DNA of 56,712 nt from an uncultured Candidatus Saccharibacteria bacterium (GTDB lineage Bacteria > Patescibacteriota > Minisyncoccia > Minisyncoccales > CAZKCU01), in contig CAYSLI010000002.1 in assembly GCA_964431915.1 (NCBI GenBank), positions 89,503 to 146,214 on the forward strand. The letters run 5' to 3'. The notes beneath the pieces were generated by a model. That model made no database searches. It was not told the DNA's origin and saw only the letters and a program-made list of their open reading frames with translations. A program made the position numbers and the translations under genes. Shown in pieces: positions 8,657 through 18,656 of this stretch (positions within the stretch are counted from its first letter, which is position 1; each line of letters opens with the position of its first letter).

Positions 8657-9764
8657 AAACATTAAAACATTTATCTATCCAATAGCTATGCTTTCTGGAA
8701 CCATTATTGGCGTTGGGCTTTTTTCTTTGCCTTATATCACCTCAAAGGTTGGCTTTGGTGTAATCCTTGGCTATTTTTTGGTTTTAGGAGCTTTAGTTAT
8801 TCTGGTTCATTTATTTTTTGGAGAGATAGCTCAAAAGACACCTGATTTTAAGAGACTTCCTGGTTTTGCTAAATTTCATTTAGGAAATTTTGGTGGAAAA
8901 ATAGCTCTTACTTCTACAATTTTGGGGCTTTTCGGAGCAATCTTAGCTTATCTAATTATTGGTGGAGAGTTTTTGACAAATTTATTATCACCAATTTTTG
9001 GTGGGGGCAATCTTTTCTATACTCTTTTATATTTTGTCCTGGGAGCAGGCCTTATTTTTTGGGGAATTAAAGCCATTTCCAAAATCGAATTTTGGGGACT
9101 AATTTTGTTTTTTATTATTCTAATTGCTACTTCCCTTCAAGGATTTCCTTTTTTAAAAATCGAAAATCTTTTTCCTATTCCTGATATTTCGCACTTATTT
9201 TTGCCTTACGGCGCCATTCTTTTTTCTTTATGGGGAGCAGCTTTAATTCCGGAAGTTGAGGAAATGCTGGGAGGGCAAAAAAAAATAATTTCAAAAATTA
9301 TTCCCATTGCCATTTTAATTCCGATAGTTGTTTATCTCTTTTTTATTTATCTAATTTTAGGCATTACGGGACCTCAAACCACAGAATCTGCCTTAACCGG
9401 ACTAAAAGATGTTTTAGGCGATGGAGTAGTTAGTTTAGCACTTTGTTTTGGTGTTTTAACAACCTTCACCTCGTTTATTGTTTTGGGTCTTACCCTAAAG
9501 AAAGTTTTTTGGTATGATTTAAAAATTGGAAAAAATTTGGCCTGGGTAATTATTTGTTTTTTGCCCCTGATTCTTTTTTTAATTGGAATTAAAAGCTTTA
9601 TTCCGGTAATATCTGTTGTTGGTGGAGTAATGCTTGGTATTGATGGAATTTTAATTTTATTAATGTACCAGAAAATTAGACCTGAAAGAAAATTCTTAAT
9701 TTATCCTTTAGTTTTAATATTTTTGGGAGGGATTATTTATGAAATAATATATTTTGTAAAATAA
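8649..9764 (+). CDS. Aromatic amino acid permease family transporter
   Basis: GTIIGVGLFSLPY N-terminal motif, ~11 TM helices and TTFTSF; ATG 8649 overlaps the ATPase stop. Confidence 0.85.
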   Translation: MFKNIKTFIYPIAMLSGTIIGVGLFSLPYITSKVGFGVILGYFLVLGALVILVHLFFGEIAQKTPDFKRLPGFAKFHLGNFGGKIALTSTILGLFGAILAYLIIGGEFLTNLLSPIFGGGNLFYTLLYFVLGAGLIFWGIKAISKIEFWGLILFFIILIATSLQGFPFLKIENLFPIPDISHLFLPYGAILFSLWGAALIPEVEEMLGGQKKIISKIIPIAILIPIVVYLFFIYLILGITGPQTTESALTGLKDVLGDGVVSLALCFGVLTTFTSFIVLGLTLKKVFWYDLKIGKNLAWVIICFLPLILFLIGIKSFIPVISVVGGVMLGIDGILILLMYQKIRPERKFLIYPLVLIFLGGIIYEIIYFVK

Positions 9765-9765
9765 T

Positions 9766-10722
9766 ATGATTTTATTTTATATTTTCATTTTTTTAGCTTC
9801 TTTTGCCTTACTTTTTTGGTCGGGGAAATGGTTAGTTAATGCCTTAGTTAGAGTGGCTCGATTTTTAGAATGGAGGGAATTTGTGGTAGCTTTTTTTGTT
9901 ATGGCTTTTGTAGGTTCTTTACCTAATCTTTTTGTTGGCATTTCTTCAGCTCTTCATAAAATTCCTCAACTTTCTTTTGGCGACATAGTTGGTGGAAATC
10001 TCGTTGACTTAACAATAGTTGTAGCAATAGCTGCTTTAATTGCTAAAGGCCTTCCAGCTGAAAGCAGGATGGTTCAAACTTCTTCAATTTTTACTATCTG
10101 CATTGCCATTTTACCCTTACTTTTAATTTTAGATGGGGTTTTGGGCAGGGGAGACGGAATTTTCTTAATTTTAGTTTTCACTTTTTACGTCTTTTGGCTT
10201 TTTTCCAAAGAAGAAAGATTTAAAAAAGTTTATGAAGAAAACAAAATTTCTACTGCTAAAGAATTTAAAGTTTTTATGAAAGACCTCGGAAAAGTAATTT
10301 TGGGAATAATCTTTTTATTAGCAGCTGCCGAAGGCATTGTTAAATCAGCTCAATTTTTTGCTGGAAGTTTTAATTTGTCGATAGCCATAATTGGAATTTT
10401 AATTGTTGGTTTAGGGAATACTCTACCTGAAGCCTATTTTGTAATTGCCTCTGCCAGAAAGGGCCAGACCTGGATGATTCTTGGTAATTTGATGGGTTCA
10501 ATTATGGTTCCAACCACCCTGGTACTGGGGATTGTTGCTCTAATTTGTCCAATTGAGATTGTTGACTTTTCACCCTTTGCCATAGGCCGGTTCTTTCTGA
10601 TAATCTCAGCTATATTTTTCCTATGGGTAGTTCGAAGCGGTCAAAAAATTACCAAAAAAGAAGCCTTATTTTTATTAGGAATTTATATTCTCTTTGTCAT
10701 ATTTGAAATTTTAATGAAGTAA
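9766..10722 (+). CDS. Sodium:calcium antiporter family protein
   Basis: Duplicated alpha-repeats GSLPN...GDIVGGNL and GNTLPE...GNLMGS. Confidence 0.9.
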   Translation: MILFYIFIFLASFALLFWSGKWLVNALVRVARFLEWREFVVAFFVMAFVGSLPNLFVGISSALHKIPQLSFGDIVGGNLVDLTIVVAIAALIAKGLPAESRMVQTSSIFTICIAILPLLLILDGVLGRGDGIFLILVFTFYVFWLFSKEERFKKVYEENKISTAKEFKVFMKDLGKVILGIIFLLAAAEGIVKSAQFFAGSFNLSIAIIGILIVGLGNTLPEAYFVIASARKGQTWMILGNLMGSIMVPTTLVLGIVALICPIEIVDFSPFAIGRFFLIISAIFFLWVVRSGQKITKKEALFLLGIYILFVIFEILMK

Positions 10723-10772
10723 TGTTAATATAGGTTAATCTCTACTCCAAAATTGCTTCCACAATTTTGGAC

Positions 10773-10818
10773 GGGTCGCGAGGCGTGCCCGCCTGGCGGG
10801 ACGCCCCGACCGAGACCA
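10773..10818. repeat. GC-rich nested hairpin (REP/MITE-like) in AT-rich spacer
   Basis: GGTCG...GGCGTGCCCGCCTGGCGGGACGCC...CGACC self-complementary blocks. Confidence 0.5.
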
Positions 10819-10822
10819 TAAC

Positions 10823-11827
10823 ATGGACAATTCCCTTTTTGCTTTAATATTATTTCTAATTGTGGCTGGAGGAGCGGCAATTTGGTTTTTTTACATTAGA
10901 AAATCAGCAATTGACCGCAGCCAGACAACAGCAATAAGAGATTTAGAAAGACGATTAACTGATTTAATGACTAACCAATTAAAGGAGATTCGAGGAAATG
11001 TGGATGGGACCTCTCGGGCAATGCATGAACAAATTTCTTCTTTTACAAAAGAAACAGTTCAAATTCGTCAAGAATTAAAACAAGTTCAGGAGACAATGAA
11101 GGGCATTTCCTCTTTCCAGGAGATTTTTAAAGCGCCGAAGCTTAGAGGGCAATGGGGAGAAGCTTCTTTAGAGCACGTCTTGAGCCAGCATTTCCCCAAA
11201 GAACTTTACCAGGCTCAATATCTTTTTTCTTCTGGAGAACAAGTTGATGCAGTATTAAAACTTCCTGATGGCAAATTGTTGCCAATTGATGCTAAATTTT
11301 CTTCTGTCAATTTTGAAAAAATGAAAGAAGCTGAATCTGATAAAGAAATAGTTCTTTATCGCAAAAAATTTATTGGAGACGTGAAATTTAATATAGATAA
11401 GATTGCCTCAAAATATATTTTGCCTTCAGAAGGTACTCTTGATTACGCTTTAATGTATATTCCGGCGGAAGCTATTTATTATGAAATAATGGCAAAAGAA
11501 ATAGATTTAGTAAAATATGCTCAAGAAAAAAAGGTTACTTTAGCTTCACCTAATACTTTTTATTCAGCTTTGCGAACAATCGAACATTGGTTTCGAAGTA
11601 TGCAGATTTCTCGTCAAACTCAGCAAATTCTAAAAAGACTTGACCGTGTTTATCAAGATGCTCAAAAATTAAAGAACGATTTTAGAAAACTGGGAAACCA
11701 TTTAAGAGATGCTAGTTCTGCTTATGACACCTCAGGAAAACGGCTTTCTTTACTTGGAGAAAGAGTGGAAAGATTAGCCGAGGTTGACGAAACTAAAAAA
11801 TTAAAAAAAGTAAAACAAAACTCTTAG
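10823..11827 (+). CDS. rmuC: DNA recombination protein RmuC
   Basis: RGQWGE..LE.VL, LPIDAKF, DYALMYIPAEAIY and LASP.T motifs. Confidence 0.92.
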   Translation: MDNSLFALILFLIVAGGAAIWFFYIRKSAIDRSQTTAIRDLERRLTDLMTNQLKEIRGNVDGTSRAMHEQISSFTKETVQIRQELKQVQETMKGISSFQEIFKAPKLRGQWGEASLEHVLSQHFPKELYQAQYLFSSGEQVDAVLKLPDGKLLPIDAKFSSVNFEKMKEAESDKEIVLYRKKFIGDVKFNIDKIASKYILPSEGTLDYALMYIPAEAIYYEIMAKEIDLVKYAQEKKVTLASPNTFYSALRTIEHWFRSMQISRQTQQILKRLDRVYQDAQKLKNDFRKLGNHLRDASSAYDTSGKRLSLLGERVERLAEVDETKKLKKVKQNS

Positions 11828-11830
11828 AAT

Positions 11831-12157
11831 ATGTTAGCAGTAATTAAAACTGGAGGTAAGCAATACGTTGTGACTCCAGGAGATAAAATAAAAATTGAAA
11901 AGTTGGATGCCAAAGAAGGTAAAGAGATTACCTTCAAAGAAGTTTTATTATTGGAAAAGGGTAAAAAAATAGACATCGGATGTCCATTAATCAAGGGGGC
12001 CAAGGTTATTGGTAAAGTGTTATCTCAAGGTAAAGGTAAAAAAGTAATCATTTTTAAATATAAGCCAAAAACTCGCTACAAAGTAAAAAAGGGCCATCGT
12101 CAGCCCTTCACCGAGATTGAAATTACCAAGATACAAGATACAAGTTCCAAACAATAA
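11831..12157 (+). CDS. rplU: 50S ribosomal protein L21
   Basis: AVIKTGGKQY and KKGHRQPFT. Confidence 0.97.
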   Translation: MLAVIKTGGKQYVVTPGDKIKIEKLDAKEGKEITFKEVLLLEKGKKIDIGCPLIKGAKVIGKVLSQGKGKKVIIFKYKPKTRYKVKKGHRQPFTEIEITKIQDTSSKQ

Positions 12158-12205
12158 CCAATAATCAATATTCAACAACCAAGCAGTTTGTGTCTTGTTG
12201 TTTGG

Positions 12206-12832
12206 TTATTTGTTATTCTCTCGTCGGCTTTCCAGAGCTGAAGATAAAGTTTCTTCGTCAGCGTATTCTAATTCCCCGCCGACGGGTAATCCTTTCGCTA
12301 ACTGGGTAATTTTTTTTATTCCCAGATTTTTTAACTTTCTCTGAAGCAATAAGCTCGTATTCTGGCCCTCGGTCGTTGGATTGAGGGCTAATATAATTTC
12401 TTTGATTCGCTCTTTTCTTACTCTCTTAATTAGTTTTTTAATTCTTTCTTCAATTTCTTCTTTTTGCTTTGCCCTTTCAAGCCCGGAAATTGTGCCCCCT
12501 AAAATAAAATAGAGTCCCTTGAATTTACCGGTCTTTTCAATAGCTTCCAGGTCAACCTCTTTTTCTATGACGCAAATTAAACTTCTATCTCTAATTTTAT
12601 CTTGACAGATGGAGCAAAGTTCTCCTTCGCTTTCACCCGCTTCAAATGATTTAAAACAAAGGGGACAAATTTTTATTTTGACTTTCAATTCTTCAATTGC
12701 TTTTATAAGTTCTTTAATCTTCTCCTTCGGTATCTTGACTAAATAGAAAACAAAACGGGCAGCAGTTCGCGGCCCAACCGTTGGAAATTTAGAGAAGATA
12801 TCAATGAGTTTTTGGATAGATTTAGGATGCAT
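12206..12832 (-). CDS. recR: Recombination mediator RecR
   Basis: PTVGPRTAAR, CxxC...CxxC zinc finger, Toprim EIILALNPTTEG and GGELEYADEETL. Confidence 0.96.
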   Translation of the reverse strand: MHPKSIQKLIDIFSKFPTVGPRTAARFVFYLVKIPKEKIKELIKAIEELKVKIKICPLCFKSFEAGESEGELCSICQDKIRDRSLICVIEKEVDLEAIEKTGKFKGLYFILGGTISGLERAKQKEEIEERIKKLIKRVRKERIKEIILALNPTTEGQNTSLLLQRKLKNLGIKKITQLAKGLPVGGELEYADEETLSSALESRRENNK

Positions 12833-14201
12833 CGTGTTCTTTTTCTAAATTTCTGAAACTGACTCGTCTTTCATCAAAATATAATTCAATTTTTCCCACC
12901 GGACCATTACGATGCTTAGCTATTATAATGTCTGCAATATTTTTTCTTGAAGTATCAGACCGGTAGCGATCCTCACGGTGTATAAACAAAACCACATCCG
13001 AGTCTTGCTCCAGGGCTCCGGTTTCTCTCAAGTCAGATAATCGTGGAATTTGGGGAGAACGCTGCTCTACTGCTCTTGATAATTGTGATAAAGCCAAAAC
13101 CGGAACATTAATTTCTCTGGCTAAAGCTTTTAAAGAACGAGAAATCTCAGTCATTTGCTGAACCATATTGACTGCAGGATTTCTCGGTTCCATCAATTGT
13201 AAATAATCAACAATAATTAACCCTAGTCCCTTTTCTGCCTGCAATCTACGGGACATTGCTCTCATTTGTAAAATGTTTGAAGTAGCGGCATCATCAATAT
13301 AGATTGGGGCCTCAGATAAAATACCCAGAGCCTGTTGGATTCTTGAAAAATCATTATCTTCGCCCTCATCAGAGAGTCTGCCCGTCCTCAGTCTCCATAA
13401 GTCAACGTTAGCCAGCCCGGCAATTAATCTATCTACTACCTGGTCTTTTGACATTTCAAGCGAAAATATACCGACCGGCACCTTATCGTTCGTGGCAATA
13501 TTAGCAGCAACATTACAAGCGAGAGCACTTTTTCCCAAACTTGGCCTGGAAGCTAAAATAATAAGGTCAGATTTTTGAAGACCAGCCAGAATATTATCTA
13601 AATCGACAAAACCAGTAGGAAGTCCCCGGGGAGCTCCCTGGTGCTTGGATAATCTGTCAATCCTTTCAAAAGCTTCTTCTAAGGTGGCCTTAACGGGTAA
13701 AAAATTTTGAGTTAAGCTTTTCTGAGCAATGCTGAAAATTCTTTTTTCAGCATTATCTAATAAAATATCAACGTCTTCTGACTCATTATAGCCCATAGTC
13801 CCGATTTCTTGGCTGGCTTCAATTAAATCTCGGAGGATTCTTTTTCTCTGAACAATCTTGGCGTAGTTTAGAACATGGCTGGCAGTGGGAACGCAATTTA
13901 TGAGCTCTGTTAAATAACTTGCCCCGCCAATTTCTTCAAGGAGGTTTTTTTCTTTTAAGCGGGTAGAAACTGATAGGAGGTCAATGGGCTCTCCTTTTTC
14001 AAAAAGTTCAATTGTTGCCTGGTAAATTTGCTGATGAATTTTTTTATAAAAATCCCGAGGTTGCAAAAAATCAGCCACTCGAATTATGGCATTTTTGTCA
14101 AGAAGTAAGCAGCCAAGAAGCGATTTTTCAGCTTCAATGCTTTGAGGAGGCAGTTTTTCTGGTAATTCACTTTTTGAAAATTCATTACCCATATCCATCA
14201 A
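12822..14201 (-). CDS. dnaB: Replicative DNA helicase DnaB
   Basis: PPQSIEAE, ASRPSLGKS, IIVDYLQLM, LSQLSRAVE, DLRETGALEQD and KHRNGPVG. Confidence 0.98.
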   Translation of the reverse strand: MMDMGNEFSKSELPEKLPPQSIEAEKSLLGCLLLDKNAIIRVADFLQPRDFYKKIHQQIYQATIELFEKGEPIDLLSVSTRLKEKNLLEEIGGASYLTELINCVPTASHVLNYAKIVQRKRILRDLIEASQEIGTMGYNESEDVDILLDNAEKRIFSIAQKSLTQNFLPVKATLEEAFERIDRLSKHQGAPRGLPTGFVDLDNILAGLQKSDLIILASRPSLGKSALACNVAANIATNDKVPVGIFSLEMSKDQVVDRLIAGLANVDLWRLRTGRLSDEGEDNDFSRIQQALGILSEAPIYIDDAATSNILQMRAMSRRLQAEKGLGLIIVDYLQLMEPRNPAVNMVQQMTEISRSLKALAREINVPVLALSQLSRAVEQRSPQIPRLSDLRETGALEQDSDVVLFIHREDRYRSDTSRKNIADIIIAKHRNGPVGKIELYFDERRVSFRNLEKEHDAS

Positions 14202-14296
14202 TTACAGTATAGCAAATGGAAAAAAGGTTGGCAACGAGTTGACAATTTTGTTTGAAGTTGCTATAATAAAAGCATAAAAGGGAGAGAGGAAAAACA

Positions 14297-14632
14297 ATGT
14301 ATGAAACAGATATTGGAACTTTAAAAAAGGAGACAGAGGTTTTTAGATTCGGGGCTTCTACCAAAGGAGGCCAAAGAGCGAATCGAAAACAAACTGGAAT
14401 TAGACTCTATCATTTTCCTTCTGGGATAAGAATAACTGTTAAGGGAAGGTCTCAGGCAAAGAATCTAGCGATTGCTTTTAAGCGGCTTCAAAAAAAACTA
14501 AGAGAGTCAAAAAAGCTAAGGAAAAGAAGAGTTTCAACCGGAGTGCCAGTTTATATAAGGAGGAGACGACTTTTAGGGAAAAAACGGCATTCCGAAAAGA
14601 AAAAACTGCGAAGAAGGCCAATTTTAGAGTAA
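14297..14632 (+). CDS. RF-1 domain peptidyl-tRNA hydrolase (ArfB/YaeJ-like rescue factor)
   Basis: GGQ motif (TKGGQRANRKQTGIRL), RSQAKN...A..RL and a very basic C-terminal tail. Confidence 0.8.
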   Translation: MYETDIGTLKKETEVFRFGASTKGGQRANRKQTGIRLYHFPSGIRITVKGRSQAKNLAIAFKRLQKKLRESKKLRKRRVSTGVPVYIRRRRLLGKKRHSEKKKLRRRPILE

Positions 14633-14635
14633 TTT

Positions 14636-14671
14636 AAAGGCGCTTCTCACTTCTCAAGAGGTGCCTTTTTT
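14636..14671. terminator. Bidirectional terminator between convergent genes
   Basis: AAAGGCGCTTCT...AGAGGTGCCTTTTTT. Confidence 0.65.
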
Positions 14672-16070
14672 AATTTATAATTGCTTTTAATTTTGGGCCC
14701 TTTTTAGTATCTTTGACCCACCAGCCTTGTTTTTTGATTTTTTTTCTGAGATTATCTGCTTCTTTCCATTTTTTCAACTTGCGATATTTTTCTCTTTCTT
14801 TAACCAGCTTTAAAATTTTCTCAGAGATTTTTTCTTTTGGTTTTTTCCAGAAGATAAATCCAAAAACTTTATCAATTTTTTTTAAAAAGTTTAAAATATC
14901 TTTAGCATCAGTTGAGGTCAACTTACCTCTATCAAAAAGATAATTTCCCCGACTAATTAAATGAAAAACTGAAGCTAAGGCTTTTGGAGTATTAAAATTA
15001 TCATCCATCGCTTTCTCAAATTCACTTTCTATTTTAGGTAATAATTTCAACTTTTTATTTGTAGTTTTAGCTTTTAGCTTTTGATTTTTGACTTTATCTA
15101 TGAATTCATCAATTTTTTCTAATTCTCTTTTAGTTTGTAAAATTGCCCTTTCTTGATAGTCAATAGGGGATTGATAAAGAGTTTTAATTACAAAAAGTCT
15201 TAAGACTCGAGCAGAATTTTTCTTTAGAAAATCTCTTATGGTAATAAAATTACCCAAGGACTTTGCCATCTTTTGACTTTTTACAGTTAGAAAGCCTGAA
15301 TGGAGCCAATATCTAACCATAGGTTTTCTTTTGGATATAGCTTCCATCTGAGCAATTTCAGCTTCGTGGTGAGGAAAAATTAAATCTCTGGCTCCACCAT
15401 GAATATCATATTGGAAACCGAAATATTTTTCAGTGATAGCTGTATCTTCAATATGCCAACCAGGTCTGCCATGCCCGAAAGGACTTGGCCATTTTGGCTC
15501 ACCAAGTTTGGAAAATTTCCAGAGACAAAAATCTCCTTTGTTTCTCTTTTCTTTCGTCTCATCAATCCTTGATACTGCATCTTCAGCTTGCAAAACCGTC
15601 CTCCTTGACAATTTTCCGTAATCTTTGAATTTTGAAATATCATAATAAATACCGTCTTTTATTTGATAGGCATATCCTTTTTTTAAAAGTCTCTTAACCT
15701 GGCTTATAATTTCTTTAATATGGTCTGTGGCTCTGGCATATTTTGTTACGCTGTCAATTTTTAGACTTTTCATATCCTTTAAATATTCCTTCTCAAAATC
15801 TCGAGCTAATTTTTGGGGAGAAATCTTTCTCTCTTTTGCTCTTTTTATAATCTTATCATCGATATCAGTAACATTTTGAAGATAAAAAACATCAAATTTT
15901 TTTTCTCTTAGATATTTTGTAATCACGTCGAAAACAATATAGGTCCTGGCATGTCCAATATGAGAGAAATCGTAAACCGTCGGCCCGCAGACAAACATAT
16001 TTATCTTTTTTGCCTTTTTTGATCTAAAGATTTCCTTTTTTCGAGATAGGGTATTGTAGAGTTTTAACAT
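14670..16070 (-). CDS. cysS: Cysteine--tRNA ligase
   Basis: CGPTVYD.SHIGHAR, GRPGWHIE, GGARDLIFPHHEAE and KMAKSLGN. Confidence 0.98.
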   Translation of the reverse strand: MLKLYNTLSRKKEIFRSKKAKKINMFVCGPTVYDFSHIGHARTYIVFDVITKYLREKKFDVFYLQNVTDIDDKIIKRAKERKISPQKLARDFEKEYLKDMKSLKIDSVTKYARATDHIKEIISQVKRLLKKGYAYQIKDGIYYDISKFKDYGKLSRRTVLQAEDAVSRIDETKEKRNKGDFCLWKFSKLGEPKWPSPFGHGRPGWHIEDTAITEKYFGFQYDIHGGARDLIFPHHEAEIAQMEAISKRKPMVRYWLHSGFLTVKSQKMAKSLGNFITIRDFLKKNSARVLRLFVIKTLYQSPIDYQERAILQTKRELEKIDEFIDKVKNQKLKAKTTNKKLKLLPKIESEFEKAMDDNFNTPKALASVFHLISRGNYLFDRGKLTSTDAKDILNFLKKIDKVFGFIFWKKPKEKISEKILKLVKEREKYRKLKKWKEADNLRKKIKKQGWWVKDTKKGPKLKAIIN

Positions 16071-16127
16071 ATTAAATTATTTTACCATTATTTTGATTTT
16101 TTTGAAAATTTATGATAAGATAAAGAA

Positions 16128-16721
16128 ATGAAAAAAGTAGACGCAATAATCAGTATTATAATCGGTTTCCTAATAGGAGTTTTCTTCTTTATTGGGTTGA
16201 AAAATATCGGGAAAAGCTTTCCTTATAGCTGGTTGCTTTTAATTGTTTTTCCTCCTCTCTCTTTACTTGGAATGTTCCTTTCTTCCTATATTGGTAAAAA
16301 GCTTTTAATTGTTTACCAGGCAGCAAAGTGGATTTTGGTAGGAGCTCTTAATACTTTTATTGATTTAGGGCTACTAAATGGATTAATTTGGATTTCAGGT
16401 ATTGCTACCGGTCTCTTCTTTTCGGTTTTTAAAGGCATTTCTTTTTTAGTCGCTACTACTAATAGTTATTTTTGGAATAAACACTGGACTTTTCGCAAAA
16501 GAGAGAAAGTTTTTGCTCCCAAGGAATTTTCTAAGTTTTTAGTAGTAACTACCATTGGTCTTTTTATCAATGTGGGGATTGCTTCTTTTGTGGTGAATAT
16601 TATTGGGACTCAATATGGTATAACAGAGAAAATGTGGGCAAATGTTGGGGCATTTACTGCTGTTCTATTTGCCTGGGTCTGGAATTTTTTAGCATCCAAA
16701 TTTATTGTATTTAAAAAGTAA
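16128..16721 (+). CDS. GtrA family membrane protein
   Basis: VGALNTFID...NSYFWNKHWTF...WNFLASKFIVF. Confidence 0.88.
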   Translation: MKKVDAIISIIIGFLIGVFFFIGLKNIGKSFPYSWLLLIVFPPLSLLGMFLSSYIGKKLLIVYQAAKWILVGALNTFIDLGLLNGLIWISGIATGLFFSVFKGISFLVATTNSYFWNKHWTFRKREKVFAPKEFSKFLVVTTIGLFINVGIASFVVNIIGTQYGITEKMWANVGAFTAVLFAWVWNFLASKFIVFKK

Positions 16722-16731
16722 GCGAAGCGAA

Positions 16732-16762
16732 ACCGAGCACATAAATAAATTATGTGCTCGGT
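16732..16762. repeat. 13-bp perfect hairpin, family CCGAGCAYATAA/TTATGTGCTCGG
   Basis: ACCGAGCACATAA-ATAAA-TTATGTGCTCGGT; related copies at 50693, 50834 and 50946. Confidence 0.85.
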
Positions 16763-16778
16763 GCTCGTTATTACTCGC

Positions 16779-17900
16779 ATGACAAATTTGGTCCTTTATC
16801 GCAAATACAGACCGCAAACTTTTGCTGAAATTATCGGTCAAGAACATATTGTTCAGACTTTAACCAACGCCATCTCAACAGGGATGATTTCCCATGCTTA
16901 TTTGTTTTCCGGCGGACGCGGTACAGGAAAAACTACAATTGCCAGGCTTTTAGCAAAAGCAGTTAACTGCGAAAATCGAAAAGATGACCAATATGAGCCC
17001 TGTAATAAATGCTCGTCATGCCTTGAAATTATGGAAGGAAGGTCAATGGATTTAATCGAAATTGATGCTGCTTCCCATCGGGGAATTGATGAAATGAGAG
17101 AATTAAAAGATGGAATTCGATTCGTACCTACAAAGTCAAAATATAAGGTATTTATAATTGATGAAAGTCATCAGCTTACGAAAGAAGCTGCCAATGCCCT
17201 CTTAAAAACTTTAGAAGAACCGCCAGCTCACGCCATTTTTGTTTTAGCCACCACCGAAATTCATAAAATGATTCCAACCATCATTTCTCGTTGCCAGAGA
17301 TTTGATTTCAGAAAACTAACCTTGCCGGAAATTATTAAAAGATTAGAAATTATTTCCCAGAAAGAAAAAGCTAAAATCGAAAAAGCAGCTTTGGAATTAA
17401 TTGCCTTGAATTCTGGAGGTTCAATCAGAGACGGAGAAAGTTTATTGGACCAGACTCTAACTTTCGCCGGAACTTCTGGGGAAGGGAAAGAAATAAAAGC
17501 GGAAGACATTAAGGATTTACTGGGATTGGTTGAGATAAACTTGGTGAGCAAGTTTTGCGATTTTATTGCCGAAAAAAAAGTTTCAGAAGCTATTACTTTT
17601 TTAAACGATACAATTGATAAAGGATTAGACCTTCAAAATTTTACCAAAGCTCTGATTAATTATTTAAGACAGACTTTAATTTTAAAAATGACCGGCGGAG
17701 GAGAAGGAAATTCAATAATTACCGGTTTGACCAAAGAGGAATTTCAAAAAATTGAAAAACAATCAGCTTTCTTTAAAGAAGATGAGCTTCGAAATATTTT
17801 AGGGCTTTTCCTCGAAGCTGAAAATAAAATGAAATATTCCTCAATACCCCAATTACCCTTGGAATTAGCAATAATTGAAGCAATCGGAGTAGGGGAGTAA
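16779..17900 (+). CDS. dnaX: DNA polymerase III subunit gamma/tau
   Basis: LYRKYRPQTF, SGGRGTGKT, EIDAASHRG, LLKTLEEPP and TIISRCQ. Start placed at ATG 16779, after the hairpin. Confidence 0.96.
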   Translation: MTNLVLYRKYRPQTFAEIIGQEHIVQTLTNAISTGMISHAYLFSGGRGTGKTTIARLLAKAVNCENRKDDQYEPCNKCSSCLEIMEGRSMDLIEIDAASHRGIDEMRELKDGIRFVPTKSKYKVFIIDESHQLTKEAANALLKTLEEPPAHAIFVLATTEIHKMIPTIISRCQRFDFRKLTLPEIIKRLEIISQKEKAKIEKAALELIALNSGGSIRDGESLLDQTLTFAGTSGEGKEIKAEDIKDLLGLVEINLVSKFCDFIAEKKVSEAITFLNDTIDKGLDLQNFTKALINYLRQTLILKMTGGGEGNSIITGLTKEEFQKIEKQSAFFKEDELRNILGLFLEAENKMKYSSIPQLPLELAIIEAIGVGE

Positions 17901-17904
17901 TTAT

Positions 17905-17919
17905 TCCGGGGTCGTTTAG
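17905..17919 (+). pseudogene. Possible 5' fragment of a tRNA-Gln
   Basis: TCCGGGGTCGTTTAG matches 11/15 nt of the 5' end of tRNA-Gln at 18657 (TGCGGGGTGGTGTAA). Confidence 0.4.
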
Positions 17920-17972
17920 CTTGTATTATTTGAACCACGGTGATATGATTAAAAAATATTAATTCGTGGTTC

Positions 17973-18653
17973 ATGATATTAAAACTCAAAGAAAAAGAAA
18001 GAGCAATAAAGCTTAGAAAAAGAGGATTTTCTTATTCTGAAATTTTAAAAGAGGTTCCGGTAGCTAAATCTACTTTATCTTTGTGGTTAAGAAGTGTTGG
18101 ATTGGCCAAAAAACAAAAACAAAGGCTTACAGAAAAAAGAGTCGCCGCTGCTCTTAGAGGAGCGATGGCTAAGAGAGATTATAGATTAGCTATTACTAAA
18201 GAGATTAAAGATAAAGCAAGAAATGAGATAAAAAGGCTATCTACTCGCGAATTGTGGCTTGTTGGTACTGCTCTTTATTGGGCAGAAGGATCGAAAGAAA
18301 GGACTAAGTCAAGTAATGTTCAATTTGGCAATTCAGATCCACAGATGATAAGATTATTTTTAGAATGGACCCAAAAGATATGTAAAGTTCCTAAACGAGA
18401 TATTTTTTGCGAAATTTACCTTCATGAGACTACTACTGAAAGAAAGAAGGAAGTCCAGAAATATTGGTCAAAAATGACCAATTTTCCTCTAACTCAATTT
18501 CAAAGAATTAGATGGAAGAAACACAAAATAAATACAAAAAGAAAAAATATTGGTAAAGATTATTACGGCTTATTAAGAGTTAATATAAGAAGAAGTAGTA
18601 ATTTTAACAGAAAAATAGCAGGATGGATTGAAGGAATTTGCCAAAAATATTAA
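17973..18653 (+). CDS. HTH plus LAGLIDADG-like putative endonuclease adjacent to tRNA
   Basis: N-terminal HTH (LRKRGFSYSEI...VAKSTLSLWLR), then LVGTALYWAEG (LAGLIDADG-type helix), F.NSDP.MIRLF and a basic beta-rich C-terminus. Confidence 0.55.
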   Translation: MILKLKEKERAIKLRKRGFSYSEILKEVPVAKSTLSLWLRSVGLAKKQKQRLTEKRVAAALRGAMAKRDYRLAITKEIKDKARNEIKRLSTRELWLVGTALYWAEGSKERTKSSNVQFGNSDPQMIRLFLEWTQKICKVPKRDIFCEIYLHETTTERKKEVQKYWSKMTNFPLTQFQRIRWKKHKINTKRKNIGKDYYGLLRVNIRRSSNFNRKIAGWIEGICQKY

Positions 18654-18656
18654 TAA

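Noticed and set aside
11831-12205. rplU without adjacent rpmA
   Set aside because: Ribosomal gene scattering is common in reduced genomes; absence cannot be judged from one window.
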